IMG/VR virus record: IMGVR_UViG_3300020042_004305
Span: 1 to 28,599 of that record
Length of the DNA: 28,599 nt
Reading direction: 5' to 3' (one strand)
Source of the DNA: a virus
Taxonomy: Duplodnaviria; Caudoviricetes
The notes beneath the pieces are model-generated. The model was given only the letters and a program-made list of their open reading frames with translations. It had not been told where the DNA came from and ran no database searches. The position numbers were made by a program, and so were the translations under genes. Shown one piece after another: positions 17,088 to 25,795 of the stretch; positions within the stretch are counted from its first letter, which is position 1; the number at the start of each line of letters is the position of its first letter.

Positions 17088-17102
17088 TTCGTTTTTTAGG
17101 AT
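17072..17102 (+). promoter_or_regulatory. Putative late promoter 2
   Basis: AACA 17072-17075, CGTTTT 17090-17095, ATG 17103. Confidence 0.72.
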
Positions 17103-17375
17103 ATGCAATTACAAGGAATTAAATTATCAATATCATCAGATTTGACCAAAGAAATGGGATTGTTAAGGGCAAAAGTGGAAAGTATCAGAACCAAACACGA
17201 TAACATCAAAGGCGATATTGTAAAGGCAATTGTACATTACAAAGCGGCAAAAATGCTATGTGGCAAAGTATCAAGAATGAAAGAAAAGTTTGGTATTGAA
17301 CCAAAGGAACTAAATACGATGATGATGGAGATGGAAGCGAAAGGCGAGTATTTGAACAACTTAAATAAATTATGA
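17103..17375 (+). CDS. Small helical protein, possible internal head protein
   Basis: 90 aa, ATGA-coupled to the protease; N-terminal IKLS. Confidence 0.6.
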   Translation: MQLQGIKLSISSDLTKEMGLLRAKVESIRTKHDNIKGDIVKAIVHYKAAKMLCGKVSRMKEKFGIEPKELNTMMMEMEAKGEYLNNLNKL

Positions 17376-17989
17376 GAATCGTTGAATTGATATTGGATGA
17401 CCAACAATTGGCAAGTGGCATTGATGCGATAAGCATTGTGGAAGCCCCCGCCATTGAATCCAATTTTATTGCATTGAAATCCCATGAAATAAAGTTTGCC
17501 CAGGTGGATGCAGAAAAACGCATTTTGATGGGGCCAGTATTGATACCCGACAAACCAATATTTCGTAAACAAGTCATGAATGGTGAAATGCAAGAGTTCT
17601 ATGTGTATTTTTCAAAGAACACGGTATCCCGTGCATCGCAGATGTTTTTGATGAAGGGTAACCAAGGAAAAGCAACTTTGGAACATGACATGGCTTTGCA
17701 AGGTATTTGCATGGTGGAATCTTGGATTAAGGAAGATATGGAAAAAGATAAGTCTGCTATCTATGGTATGACGGATCCAATTGGAACATGGATGGGATGT
17801 TTAAAAGTTACCAACGATGAGATTTGGAACGACTATGTAAAAACTGGTCGTGTTAAAGGATTCAGCATCGAAGGTTATTTTGCGGATAAGTCAATGCCAT
17901 TATCAAAGGTTGAAACCGATGATGAAAAGTTGGCTAAGGTCATTGATATCCTTACAGAATTTCAAAAATCTAACAAAGTAAACAATTAA
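17372..17989 (+). CDS. Prohead maturation serine protease, XkdF-like
   Basis: GPVLIPDK, TLEH, VESW, GTW and KGFSIEG motifs. Confidence 0.85.
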   Translation: MRIVELILDDQQLASGIDAISIVEAPAIESNFIALKSHEIKFAQVDAEKRILMGPVLIPDKPIFRKQVMNGEMQEFYVYFSKNTVSRASQMFLMKGNQGKATLEHDMALQGICMVESWIKEDMEKDKSAIYGMTDPIGTWMGCLKVTNDEIWNDYVKTGRVKGFSIEGYFADKSMPLSKVETDDEKLAKVIDILTEFQKSNKVNN

Positions 17990-18001
17990 AGTTTTATATA
18001 T
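17972..18001 (+). promoter_or_regulatory. Putative late promoter 3
   Basis: AACA 17972-17975, AGTTTT 17990-17995, ATG 18002. Confidence 0.7.
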
Positions 18002-18631
18002 ATGAACGCAACCGAAACATTAAACCGCGTATTGGCAACTTTGGGATTAAAGTCCGAAGCTACAATCGAGGTGGAGTTGGCACAAGTTAAGACCGAGGAT
18101 GGTCAAGCCACATTTGAATCAGACAACTTTGCAGTTGGTGAAGCAGTATTTATTGTTACGCCAGATGGTAACATTGCATGTCCAGAAGGTGAATTTGCAT
18201 TAGAAAACGGAAACACAATGACTGTTGATCCAAATGGTACAATAGTTGAAATTGCAACTAAAGAGGAAGAAATGCCAGAAGAAGAAGCAATTGTTGAGGA
18301 AGTTGTTGCCGAGGATATGCCAATGGATGCACCAGCCCCAATGGCAAAAAGAGTAGTAAAAAGCAAAACAGAAATGGAAGAATCTTATTTTAGCAAACAG
18401 ATGACAGAATTGGAAGCCCGATTTGAGGCTCGTTTGTCAGCATTGGAAATGGAAAAGGTTGCATTGAGTGCCGAGAACAAAGAATTGACAGAGAGATTGG
18501 CAACCGAACCCGCACCCCATACATTGCACAACCCAGAATCAAACGGACAAGCAAAGAAATTACAATTCCACATGGGCAATAAGCGTGAGGAATCAATTAA
18601 AGACAGAGTATTTAATCAACTATTCAACTAA
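18002..18631 (+). CDS. Capsid scaffolding protein
   Basis: Acidic, with a coiled-coil C-terminal half; lies between protease and capsid. Confidence 0.7.
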   Translation: MNATETLNRVLATLGLKSEATIEVELAQVKTEDGQATFESDNFAVGEAVFIVTPDGNIACPEGEFALENGNTMTVDPNGTIVEIATKEEEMPEEEAIVEEVVAEDMPMDAPAPMAKRVVKSKTEMEESYFSKQMTELEARFEARLSALEMEKVALSAENKELTERLATEPAPHTLHNPESNGQAKKLQFHMGNKREESIKDRVFNQLFN

Positions 18632-18639
18632 CCACGAAA

Positions 18640-19560
18640 ATGAATAATAATCTAAACAAAATCAATTTGAGTGGCCCAACAGTTTCCCCCAATACCTACG
18701 CGGGTCTTTGGAGTGGCAAGTATGTGGCCGCTGCCCTTTTGTCGGGTGAAACCTTGGCAAAGGATCTTATCACATTGCACCCCAATGTTGCTTACAAAGA
18801 AGTGATCCGTAATTGGCAGAATTCAGTATCAATCGATTCTGCAACTTGTGACTACACAGACAACTCATCAGTTACTTTGGGTGAATATGTGTTGACCACG
18901 GTTGAAAAGCAAGTAAACATGACTTTGTGTAAAAACAACTTGCGTACAACATGGGAAGCAGCCCAAGCGGGATTCAGTGCATTTGAAAAATTACCAGCAA
19001 CATTTGAGGAATTTTTGTTAGCCCAAGTGGCAGCAGAAGTTGCCCAAGGTGTTGAATTGGGTATTTGGAAAACCAACACATTCTACACGGGTGGTATGGT
19101 TCAATACTTGATTGATAACTCATCAATTGTTCGTCCATTCTCTGGTGCTACAAGTGGATCAAATGTTGTTGCTCGTTTGCAAGAAGCATTGGATTATTCA
19201 CCCGCCGCATTGTATGGTAAAGAAGGATACCAATACTATGTTGGTCCAGTCACCATGAAGGCGTACCAAGCAGCATTATCTGCGGGTAACTACAATTTTC
19301 AATTCTATGTTGGAGAGAAGCCTATGAACTTCCAAGGTATTCCCGTGACCATGTGTCCAGGTCTTAACGATTCGGATTGTGTATTGGGTCTTAAAAGTGA
19401 TTTGCACTTTGGAACTGGATTGTTAAGCGATTACAACGAAGTGAAAGTCATTGATATGTCAGATATTGATGGTTCACAAAATGTTCGCACAATCATGCGT
19501 TTTACTGGGGGTATCATTGCAACTAACCCAACTCAACAAGTTGTAATTAATGTAACCTAA
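18640..19560 (+). CDS. Major capsid protein
   Basis: 306 aa; follows the scaffold and precedes a strong terminator. TYAG..SGKYVAAALLSG and IDMSDIDGSQNVR. Confidence 0.82.
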   Translation: MNNNLNKINLSGPTVSPNTYAGLWSGKYVAAALLSGETLAKDLITLHPNVAYKEVIRNWQNSVSIDSATCDYTDNSSVTLGEYVLTTVEKQVNMTLCKNNLRTTWEAAQAGFSAFEKLPATFEEFLLAQVAAEVAQGVELGIWKTNTFYTGGMVQYLIDNSSIVRPFSGATSGSNVVARLQEALDYSPAALYGKEGYQYYVGPVTMKAYQAALSAGNYNFQFYVGEKPMNFQGIPVTMCPGLNDSDCVLGLKSDLHFGTGLLSDYNEVKVIDMSDIDGSQNVRTIMRFTGGIIATNPTQQVVINVT

Positions 19561-19583
19561 TAATATAGGATAAATATAAACTT

Positions 19584-19615
19584 GGGGTGGGCATAAACAC
19601 CCGCCCCTTTTTTTT
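19584..19615 (+). terminator. Rho-independent terminator after the capsid gene
   Basis: GGGGTGGG / 8-nt loop / CCCGCCCC followed by T8. Confidence 0.88.
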
Positions 19616-19636
19616 AACCAAGATAAGAACAAGAAC

Positions 19637-20203
19637 ATGCCAAGTTGTGGAACATTATTAGGAAGATACGAACCGTGTAAGCAATATGTCGGTGGAATTA
19701 AAGTTGCATACTTTATTCCATTTGAATTTGCAAACCGCGTTACAAAGAACGGAAGTGGTATTGTAACATTGATTGACAATGGAACGACATCAACACCAAT
19801 TGCGGCCCCATTCTGGGAATTAAAAGGTTTGTCAACCATGGAAACAACCATCACCGCATCACGCGATAATGGAACATCAATGTATGAAACCATTTTTACT
19901 TTGTCATTTAAGCCAAGTGGATTGACTGCCACCACGGGAGATGCCGATATGGATGCAATCCAAACATTGACCAAGGGAAGATGGCAAATCATCGTTTGGG
20001 ATAGAAACGACCAATTTTGGTTGTTGGGTGAAACTTTGGGTTGTGATGCCAACGGCGGATCAAGTTCATGGGGTGTGCAGATGGGTGATGCCCGTTTGAA
20101 TACCATCACTTTTTCAAGCCAAGAGAAATTACCCCCAGGAATTGTTGATGCCAATTCAGCGGCAAGTATCGCATTGGTTATTACACCAACAATGCCAGTT
20201 TAA
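19637..20203 (+). CDS. Putative major tail tube protein
   Basis: 188 aa; GRYEPCK..VGGIK, SRDNGT..YE and IVWDRNDQFWLLG. Flanked by terminators. Confidence 0.68.
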   Translation: MPSCGTLLGRYEPCKQYVGGIKVAYFIPFEFANRVTKNGSGIVTLIDNGTTSTPIAAPFWELKGLSTMETTITASRDNGTSMYETIFTLSFKPSGLTATTGDADMDAIQTLTKGRWQIIVWDRNDQFWLLGETLGCDANGGSSSWGVQMGDARLNTITFSSQEKLPPGIVDANSAASIALVITPTMPV

Positions 20204-20225
20204 GTGTTAATTATATTTCTATGTG

Positions 20226-20252
20226 AAGCCCTCGCCTTTGGTGGGGGTTTTT
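20226..20252 (+). terminator. Rho-independent terminator
   Basis: AAGCCCTCGCC-TTT-GGTGGGGGTTT stem with G:U pairs, running into a T-tract. Confidence 0.7.
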
Positions 20253-20259
20253 CATTTAT

Positions 20260-20289
20260 AACAAAAAATGAATTTTGCGTTTTATAGGT
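20260..20289 (+). promoter_or_regulatory. Putative late promoter 4
   Basis: AACA 20260-20263, CGTTTT 20278-20283, ATG 20290. Directly after the terminator. Confidence 0.78.
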
Positions 20290-20631
20290 ATGCACATCAA
20301 TAACGCATCCACCAATATCAATTTCACATCCTTTGTAGAATTTACTGGTGTATCAACGATACAAGTGTGGCATAAGCCCACCAAAACAATGGTAACGGCT
20401 ACAAGTACACCAAGTAAGTTATATTCATTCTACACAATGAATTTGCCATCATTAACCTCCATTAATTTGGTTGCAAATAATACTGATGAAATTTTAATTC
20501 GTGTATTTAACGCAAACCATTTGGTGTGGGAGTATTTAGGATATTGGATTACTGGAACAACCAACATCAATAACACTTGGAAACAATGGGATACAACTGC
20601 TCCCGTTACACCTAATTGGATAACATTATGA
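20290..20631 (+). CDS. Hypothetical structural protein
   Basis: Start reassigned to ATG 20290; ATGA-coupled to the portal. Confidence 0.65.
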   Translation: MHINNASTNINFTSFVEFTGVSTIQVWHKPTKTMVTATSTPSKLYSFYTMNLPSLTSINLVANNTDEILIRVFNANHLVWEYLGYWITGTTNINNTWKQWDTTAPVTPNWITL

Positions 20632-22409
20632 GTTTAGAATTTATACAACTACAATCATATACGGCTCCTTCAATCATTGAACAAAAAAACAAGGATTGGG
20701 TGCAATATGGTGACGATAACAATTATTATCAATACTTGATTGACTTGTATCATGGTTCACCAACCAACAATGCGTGTATTAAAGGTATTGCAGACCAAAT
20801 TTATGGTAAGGGATTAGAAGTCACAAGTACATCACGAAACTTGCCAGGGTATATTGAGTTCAAAACCATGTTTAGTGCGGATGATTTACGGGCCGTCATT
20901 ATGGATTTAAAAATGTTGGGTCAAGCATCGTTTCAACTTGTTAAGTCAAAGGACAAGAAAAAGTATGTAAAGGCCAAGCACTTTCCACAACAAACACTAC
21001 GCCCCGCTAAGTGTAACGACAAGGGCGAGATTGAAAAGTATTATTACTACCCAGATTGGGCCAATATCAAGCGTGGAACACAACCCACAGAGATACGGGC
21101 GTATGGTTATGACGAAACTTCAAACGAATGTATATTAACAATCAAACCATATTCAACGGGTTCGTTTTACTTCGCACCCGTGGACTACCAAGGAGGTACG
21201 CAATATGCAAACTTGGAGTCGGAGATTTCCAATTTCCACATCAACAACATCATGAATGGTCTTGCGCCTTCTATGTTGATAAACTTCAACAATGGGCAAC
21301 CACCAGCGGAGGTTAAAGATACGGTTGAAGCCCAAATCAAATCAAAGTTTGGTGGATCAAGCAATGCGGGTCGTTTTATTATTAGTTGGAACGATGGCAA
21401 GGATTCGGCTGCGGATATTACCCCAGTACAATTAAGTGATGCCCACAACCAATATCAATTCCTTAGTTCTGAATCAATGCAAAAGGTAATGATATCGCAC
21501 CGCGTGGTATCGCCATTGTTATTGGGTATTAAGGATGGAACGGGATTTGGTAATAACGCTGATGAATTGAAGTCGGCATCTATCTTGTTTGACAATGTTG
21601 TTATTAGACCTTTTCAAAGATTGGTTATTGATGCAGTTACCAAGGTATTAAACCACAACGGGTATAACCTTAATATGTATTTCAAGACCTTACAACCCCT
21701 TGAGTTTACAGATTTAACGGGTAATGTAATTGACGATGAAACACGCGAGGAAGAAACGGGAGTATCGTTGTCATTAAAAAAAAAGATTGATTTAGCGGAC
21801 ATGACCATCGCGGATGAAGATTCGTGGTTGGAACATTTGAAATCCCGTGGGGAAATAATTAACAATGATGTATGGGAACTGATTGATGTTACCGAGGTAA
21901 CGGATGCGGATGAGGAAATGAAATTTGAAATGGCCTATGAAAACCCCAATAAAAAAAGTGGTGATGATAAAGGGGTTTACAAAATCCGTTATCGGTACGG
22001 CCCTAATATCGTGGCCGACAATTCAAGGCAGTTTTGTTCTACAATGGTTCAAGAATCCAAAGGGGGAGTAATTTATCGCCGTGAAGATATTTTAACAATG
22101 GGGGATGCGGGTGTGAACGGACAATTTGCACCAAGCGGACAAAGTTCATATTCCATTTGGAAATACAAGGGCGGTGTTAATTGCCACCACAGATGGGAAC
22201 GATTGACATTCAGAAGGAAGCAAATCAAAGGTAAATTTTTACCCAAGCAACCAGGCGAAAGCGGTGACAACCGAGATTTAGAAAATTACAACGAAGTATC
22301 AAATAAGAGTGCCAACAATGCGGGGGTTCCATTTTCACCAAGTGGATGGGAAACGGCATCAACAAGGCCCATTGATATGCCAAACAAAGGTTCATTAAAA
22401 AACAAATAA
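20628..22409 (+). CDS. Portal protein with C-terminal extra domain (593 aa)
   Basis: YGDDNNYYQYLIDLY.GSPTNNACI, NG..PS, GSSNAG, H.V.SP.L.GI and GFGNNADE. The extension after about aa 387 carries SRQFC and GGVNCHHRW. Confidence 0.88.
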   Translation: MSLEFIQLQSYTAPSIIEQKNKDWVQYGDDNNYYQYLIDLYHGSPTNNACIKGIADQIYGKGLEVTSTSRNLPGYIEFKTMFSADDLRAVIMDLKMLGQASFQLVKSKDKKKYVKAKHFPQQTLRPAKCNDKGEIEKYYYYPDWANIKRGTQPTEIRAYGYDETSNECILTIKPYSTGSFYFAPVDYQGGTQYANLESEISNFHINNIMNGLAPSMLINFNNGQPPAEVKDTVEAQIKSKFGGSSNAGRFIISWNDGKDSAADITPVQLSDAHNQYQFLSSESMQKVMISHRVVSPLLLGIKDGTGFGNNADELKSASILFDNVVIRPFQRLVIDAVTKVLNHNGYNLNMYFKTLQPLEFTDLTGNVIDDETREEETGVSLSLKKKIDLADMTIADEDSWLEHLKSRGEIINNDVWELIDVTEVTDADEEMKFEMAYENPNKKSGDDKGVYKIRYRYGPNIVADNSRQFCSTMVQESKGGVIYRREDILTMGDAGVNGQFAPSGQSSYSIWKYKGGVNCHHRWERLTFRRKQIKGKFLPKQPGESGDNRDLENYNEVSNKSANNAGVPFSPSGWETASTRPIDMPNKGSLKNK

Positions 22410-22412
22410 GAG

Positions 22413-22925
22413 ATGTACGCAAACGATGATGTATTATTAATCACCAAGGAGGACATATTCAAATACACTCAATTGAGTGGCAATTTTGATGTAGATAAAA
22501 TAACTCCTTTTATCAAGATAGCCCAAGATATTCAAGTTCAAGAATTGTGCGGTACTGTCTTGTATCGTAGGTTGTTGGATGATGTTCAAAACAACACCTT
22601 GGCGGGATTTTATCTTTTGTTGGTGTCACACTATTTGCAACCTTTGTTGATCCATTACGCAATGAGTGATTTGTTATTATTTCACGGGTATGAGGTAACC
22701 AATGGTGGTATCGTGCGTAACTCACCCGAGAACACGCAGTTACCAAGCAAGGAGGAATTGGACACAATTGTGCAAAGACAAAGAAACATAGCAGAAACTT
22801 ATCGTAGGCGTTGCGTGGATTACCTTTCGTTTTTCCCACAACGATACCCAGAGTATACGGCCAACCAACAAGCGGGAGAATACCCAAATACAAACCCATC
22901 GAATTTCGTTACATGGAATTTGTAA
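22413..22925 (+). CDS. Putative head-tail adaptor
   Basis: 170 aa directly after the portal; IKIAQDIQVQELCGTVLY. Confidence 0.6.
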   Translation: MYANDDVLLITKEDIFKYTQLSGNFDVDKITPFIKIAQDIQVQELCGTVLYRRLLDDVQNNTLAGFYLLLVSHYLQPLLIHYAMSDLLLFHGYEVTNGGIVRNSPENTQLPSKEELDTIVQRQRNIAETYRRRCVDYLSFFPQRYPEYTANQQAGEYPNTNPSNFVTWNL

Positions 22926-23428
22926 AAAAGACATACAAACCAAAGGAGGAAAAGGTCAAGAAATTGACTACCTACATAACGCAATTGAAAATCGTTAATG
23001 CGGTCAAATGTGATTTATTCACAAAAACAACCCAGATAATCGCCATTATGATATTCTTAACGGGGTGTTCGGCCGAATGGCACTTAAAAAAAGCCATCCA
23101 AAAGAACCCCGCTATGGCACAAACATCAACCCACACCATCGATACTATGTTTATAAGCGATTCTGTGACCATTACAGACACTTTTACCACGCAAAAGGTC
23201 GATACCATCACAATTGAAAAAGACGGCGTTAAAACGATTGTATATAGGAATCACGATATTATAAGAATTAAGACAATTGTCAAGGCCGACACGATTAGAT
23301 TTACCAAGACCATACAATTACCCCCACAGATTAAGTACACGGAACGGATCCGAGTTCCCCAAATAGTTGGAGTTGGTTTAGGATTGCTATTATTAGGACT
23401 ATTATTATTTTTATTAGCACGAAGATGA
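22913..23428 (+). CDS. Lipoprotein with C-terminal TM helix, unimolecular spanin candidate
   Basis: Lipobox IIAIMIFLTG-C (Cys codon 23066), beta-rich middle, C-terminal IVGVGLGLLLLGLLLFLLARR. Start uncertain (ATG 22913 or TTG 22985). Confidence 0.62.
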   Translation: MEFVKKTYKPKEEKVKKLTTYITQLKIVNAVKCDLFTKTTQIIAIMIFLTGCSAEWHLKKAIQKNPAMAQTSTHTIDTMFISDSVTITDTFTTQKVDTITIEKDGVKTIVYRNHDIIRIKTIVKADTIRFTKTIQLPPQIKYTERIRVPQIVGVGLGLLLLGLLLFLLARR

Positions 23429-23610
23429 ATAATCAAAATTACGATAAGACAACGCAACCAGCACAAGGTTGGAAAACCCCATCAAGGTCATCCCCACAAG
23501 GGGGTGGAACAAGGTCTTGTTTTTGCAAAGACAAATTAACATATTCCAAAAAATGTTGTGATGGAACATTGTGGGCGCAAGGCATTGGCCCAATTACGGC
23601 GAACCCCTAA
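23425..23610 (+). CDS. Small Cys-rich phage protein
   Basis: RSCFCKD..YSKKCCDG.LWAQGIG; ATGA-coupled. Confidence 0.7.
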   Translation: MNNQNYDKTTQPAQGWKTPSRSSPQGGGTRSCFCKDKLTYSKKCCDGTLWAQGIGPITANP

Positions 23611-23638
23611 CAAGTAACAATTTAATCGTTTTATAGAT
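23609..23638 (+). promoter_or_regulatory. Putative late promoter 5
   Basis: AACA 23609-23612, CGTTTT 23627-23632, ATG 23639. Confidence 0.78.
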
Positions 23639-23911
23639 ATGAGTATTAACGCATCTTCATTTTCGGCGGGTTACACGGGAAGTGTAGTCGTTGCCAATAC
23701 ATCGGCCAAGGTTGGTCAATTTCGTGGCTTTGTAGTCAATAGTGACTGCGTGGTTTCGGCTTGTTTAGACCAGGCGAGTGCATCATTGATGACAACATTA
23801 GGATTAACAAGTGTAACGATCCGTCAAGGTGGTTTCGTTTGTGTTCCCGATGGAACTTATATTTCATCAATCACCTTGTCAAGCGGTACGATTATATTGT
23901 ACAATGTTTAA
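23639..23911 (+). CDS. Small beta-rich virion protein, possible decoration or spike base
   Basis: 90 aa, Ser/Thr/Val-rich, ending ISSITLSSGTIILY. Confidence 0.65.
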   Translation: MSINASSFSAGYTGSVVVANTSAKVGQFRGFVVNSDCVVSACLDQASASLMTTLGLTSVTIRQGGFVCVPDGTYISSITLSSGTIILYNV

Positions 23912-24059
23912 CCAAGGCCCATTTGTTGGTGTACGCCCGTTTTATTCGCCATTGGCGGATGAGATTGTATTGGGGTATATTGCCCGTGTCACGGCAGATG
24001 GTGGATATTACGAAGGGATTGAATGTTTAGAAATTAAATTAAACGCATTAAGGGTATGA
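23904..24059 (+). CDS. 51-aa protein with RVTADGG..E...CL motif
   Basis: ATG 23904 overlaps the previous gene's end; its TGA overlaps the fibre ATG at 24056. Confidence 0.65.
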   Translation: MFNQGPFVGVRPFYSPLADEIVLGYIARVTADGGYYEGIECLEIKLNALRV

Positions 24060-25795
24060 GTACTTTATTAGAACAAGCAAGTTTAATTATGATTCCGAGT
24101 GGCTACAAGGAAGATGTGGTCTATTCGGTAATACCCGAAACGGGTGCGGGTGATTTATCATTCACACGAGCATCCAACGGAACACGAATAAATAGTGCGG
24201 GGTTGGTGGAGGTTACGCCGTGGAATTTAATGAGTTATTCAGAGCAGTTTGACAATGCCTTTTGGAATAAAGCAACAAGTGGTTCAGCAACTTTTGTTGT
24301 AACTGCAAACCAAACAACCGCACCAAACGGCACAAATACGGCTGATTTAGTTTCAATCACACGAAGCGCAACGAGCGAATTAGCCGCAATTTATACAAGT
24401 GTTGGTCAAGGAATTGGAACCTTTAAAAATAGCATTTGGTTAAAAGCCAAAGATAATTCCAATGTAGGCAAAACGATTGATTTGTGGAGTTGGGAAAGTG
24501 CAACAAGAGGGTACACCAAAATAACTTTGACCGCTGATTGGGTTCGTTACGAACAAGATACCACGGTATTCACGGGGTCAGCAAGTGAGTTATTTGATTT
24601 TGGTTTATTGCCAATTACTTATTCAACAAGCACAACCCTTGCAGTAGAATTTTATGCGTGGGGAGGTCAATCCAACATCGGCTCAACCGCCAAACCCTAT
24701 TTCCCCACTACCGACCGCTTAAATGTTCCACGCCTAACTTATCAAAATGGCGGGGGCGGGTGTCCGAGTTTGTTGTTGGAGAAGCAGTCGACGAATTTGT
24801 TTACTTATTCCGAGCAATTACAAACGGGAACAAGCGGAACAATTACAGTCACTCCAAATACTGCAATCAGTCCAGACGGAACGCAAAATGCGGATTCATT
24901 AAGCACATCGGGATATTTAATTAAAAGTTTAAGTGCAACCGCAGGAACTTACACATATAGTGTATTTGCAAAATATTTAAGTCAAAATACAATTAACATT
25001 TCTATTTATGATGGCGTGTATTACGATGCAACATATAATGTCAGTACGGGTGTTGTTTCAAGTTCATCTGCGGGTGTTACTGCGTCAATACAAAATATGG
25101 GTAACGGGTGGTATCGTTGTATTATGACCGCCACAACTGCAAACAATGTTAGTGAGGTTGGATTTAATACGGGTAATGTATACGCTTGGGGTTGTCAATT
25201 TGAAGCGGGAAGTTATGCAACGAGTTATATAAGTACCACATCAGCAAGTGCCACAAGGGTGGCGGATGCTTGTAGCAAGACGGGGATAAGTAGTTTGATT
25301 GGGCAGACGGAGGGGGTGTTGTTTGTTGATGTTTCAGGGCCTTCAAAAACTGTGGATTCAAGATATATTGCGGTATCCGACGGTACAGGTGTAAATCGAA
25401 TTTTATTTTTTCAATCAGCCACAAGCACAACAAGTGTATATTGGCAAAGTTCTGCGGGTAGTGGTGCACTTAGTTTTACTACAATAAATGGCAGAATGAA
25501 ATTGGCAGTTGGTTATAAAAATAATGACTTTGTTGTTTATTGCAATGGAGTATTAAAAACAAGCACAACATCCGCACCAATATCAATGACATTGAATACA
25601 TTATGTGTTGGTACTTATGAGGACGGCACAATACCAAATTCATTAGACCAATCAGTTAATGAAGCCATCCTATTCCCAACCCGCCTAACAAACGCAGAAC
25701 TTGCCCAATTAACGGGTAATCAAAACTATACTATCAACCAAGCATACGCATCGTATGGCGTGGCAAGTGAATCACCTAATTGTGTACAACCATGA
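24056..25795 (+). CDS. Fibre/spike protein A: two internal repeat modules plus a ConA/LamG-like C-terminal domain
   Basis: FTRASNGTR, two NL..YSEQ..(A/S)P(N/D)GT..AD..WG.Q modules, and K.AVGYKNNDFVVY.NG...RLTNAEL. Confidence 0.72.
   Translation: MSTLLEQASLIMIPSGYKEDVVYSVIPETGAGDLSFTRASNGTRINSAGLVEVTPWNLMSYSEQFDNAFWNKATSGSATFVVTANQTTAPNGTNTADLVSITRSATSELAAIYTSVGQGIGTFKNSIWLKAKDNSNVGKTIDLWSWESATRGYTKITLTADWVRYEQDTTVFTGSASELFDFGLLPITYSTSTTLAVEFYAWGGQSNIGSTAKPYFPTTDRLNVPRLTYQNGGGGCPSLLLEKQSTNLFTYSEQLQTGTSGTITVTPNTAISPDGTQNADSLSTSGYLIKSLSATAGTYTYSVFAKYLSQNTINISIYDGVYYDATYNVSTGVVSSSSAGVTASIQNMGNGWYRCIMTATTANNVSEVGFNTGNVYAWGCQFEAGSYATSYISTTSASATRVADACSKTGISSLIGQTEGVLFVDVSGPSKTVDSRYIAVSDGTGVNRILFFQSATSTTSVYWQSSAGSGALSFTTINGRMKLAVGYKNNDFVVYCNGVLKTSTTSAPISMTLNTLCVGTYEDGTIPNSLDQSVNEAILFPTRLTNAELAQLTGNQNYTINQAYASYGVASESPNCVQP

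Noticed and set aside
21145-21168. AACC-N14-CGTTTT inside the portal gene
   Set aside because: Mismatch in the AACA box, intragenic, and no ATG 6-7 nt downstream.
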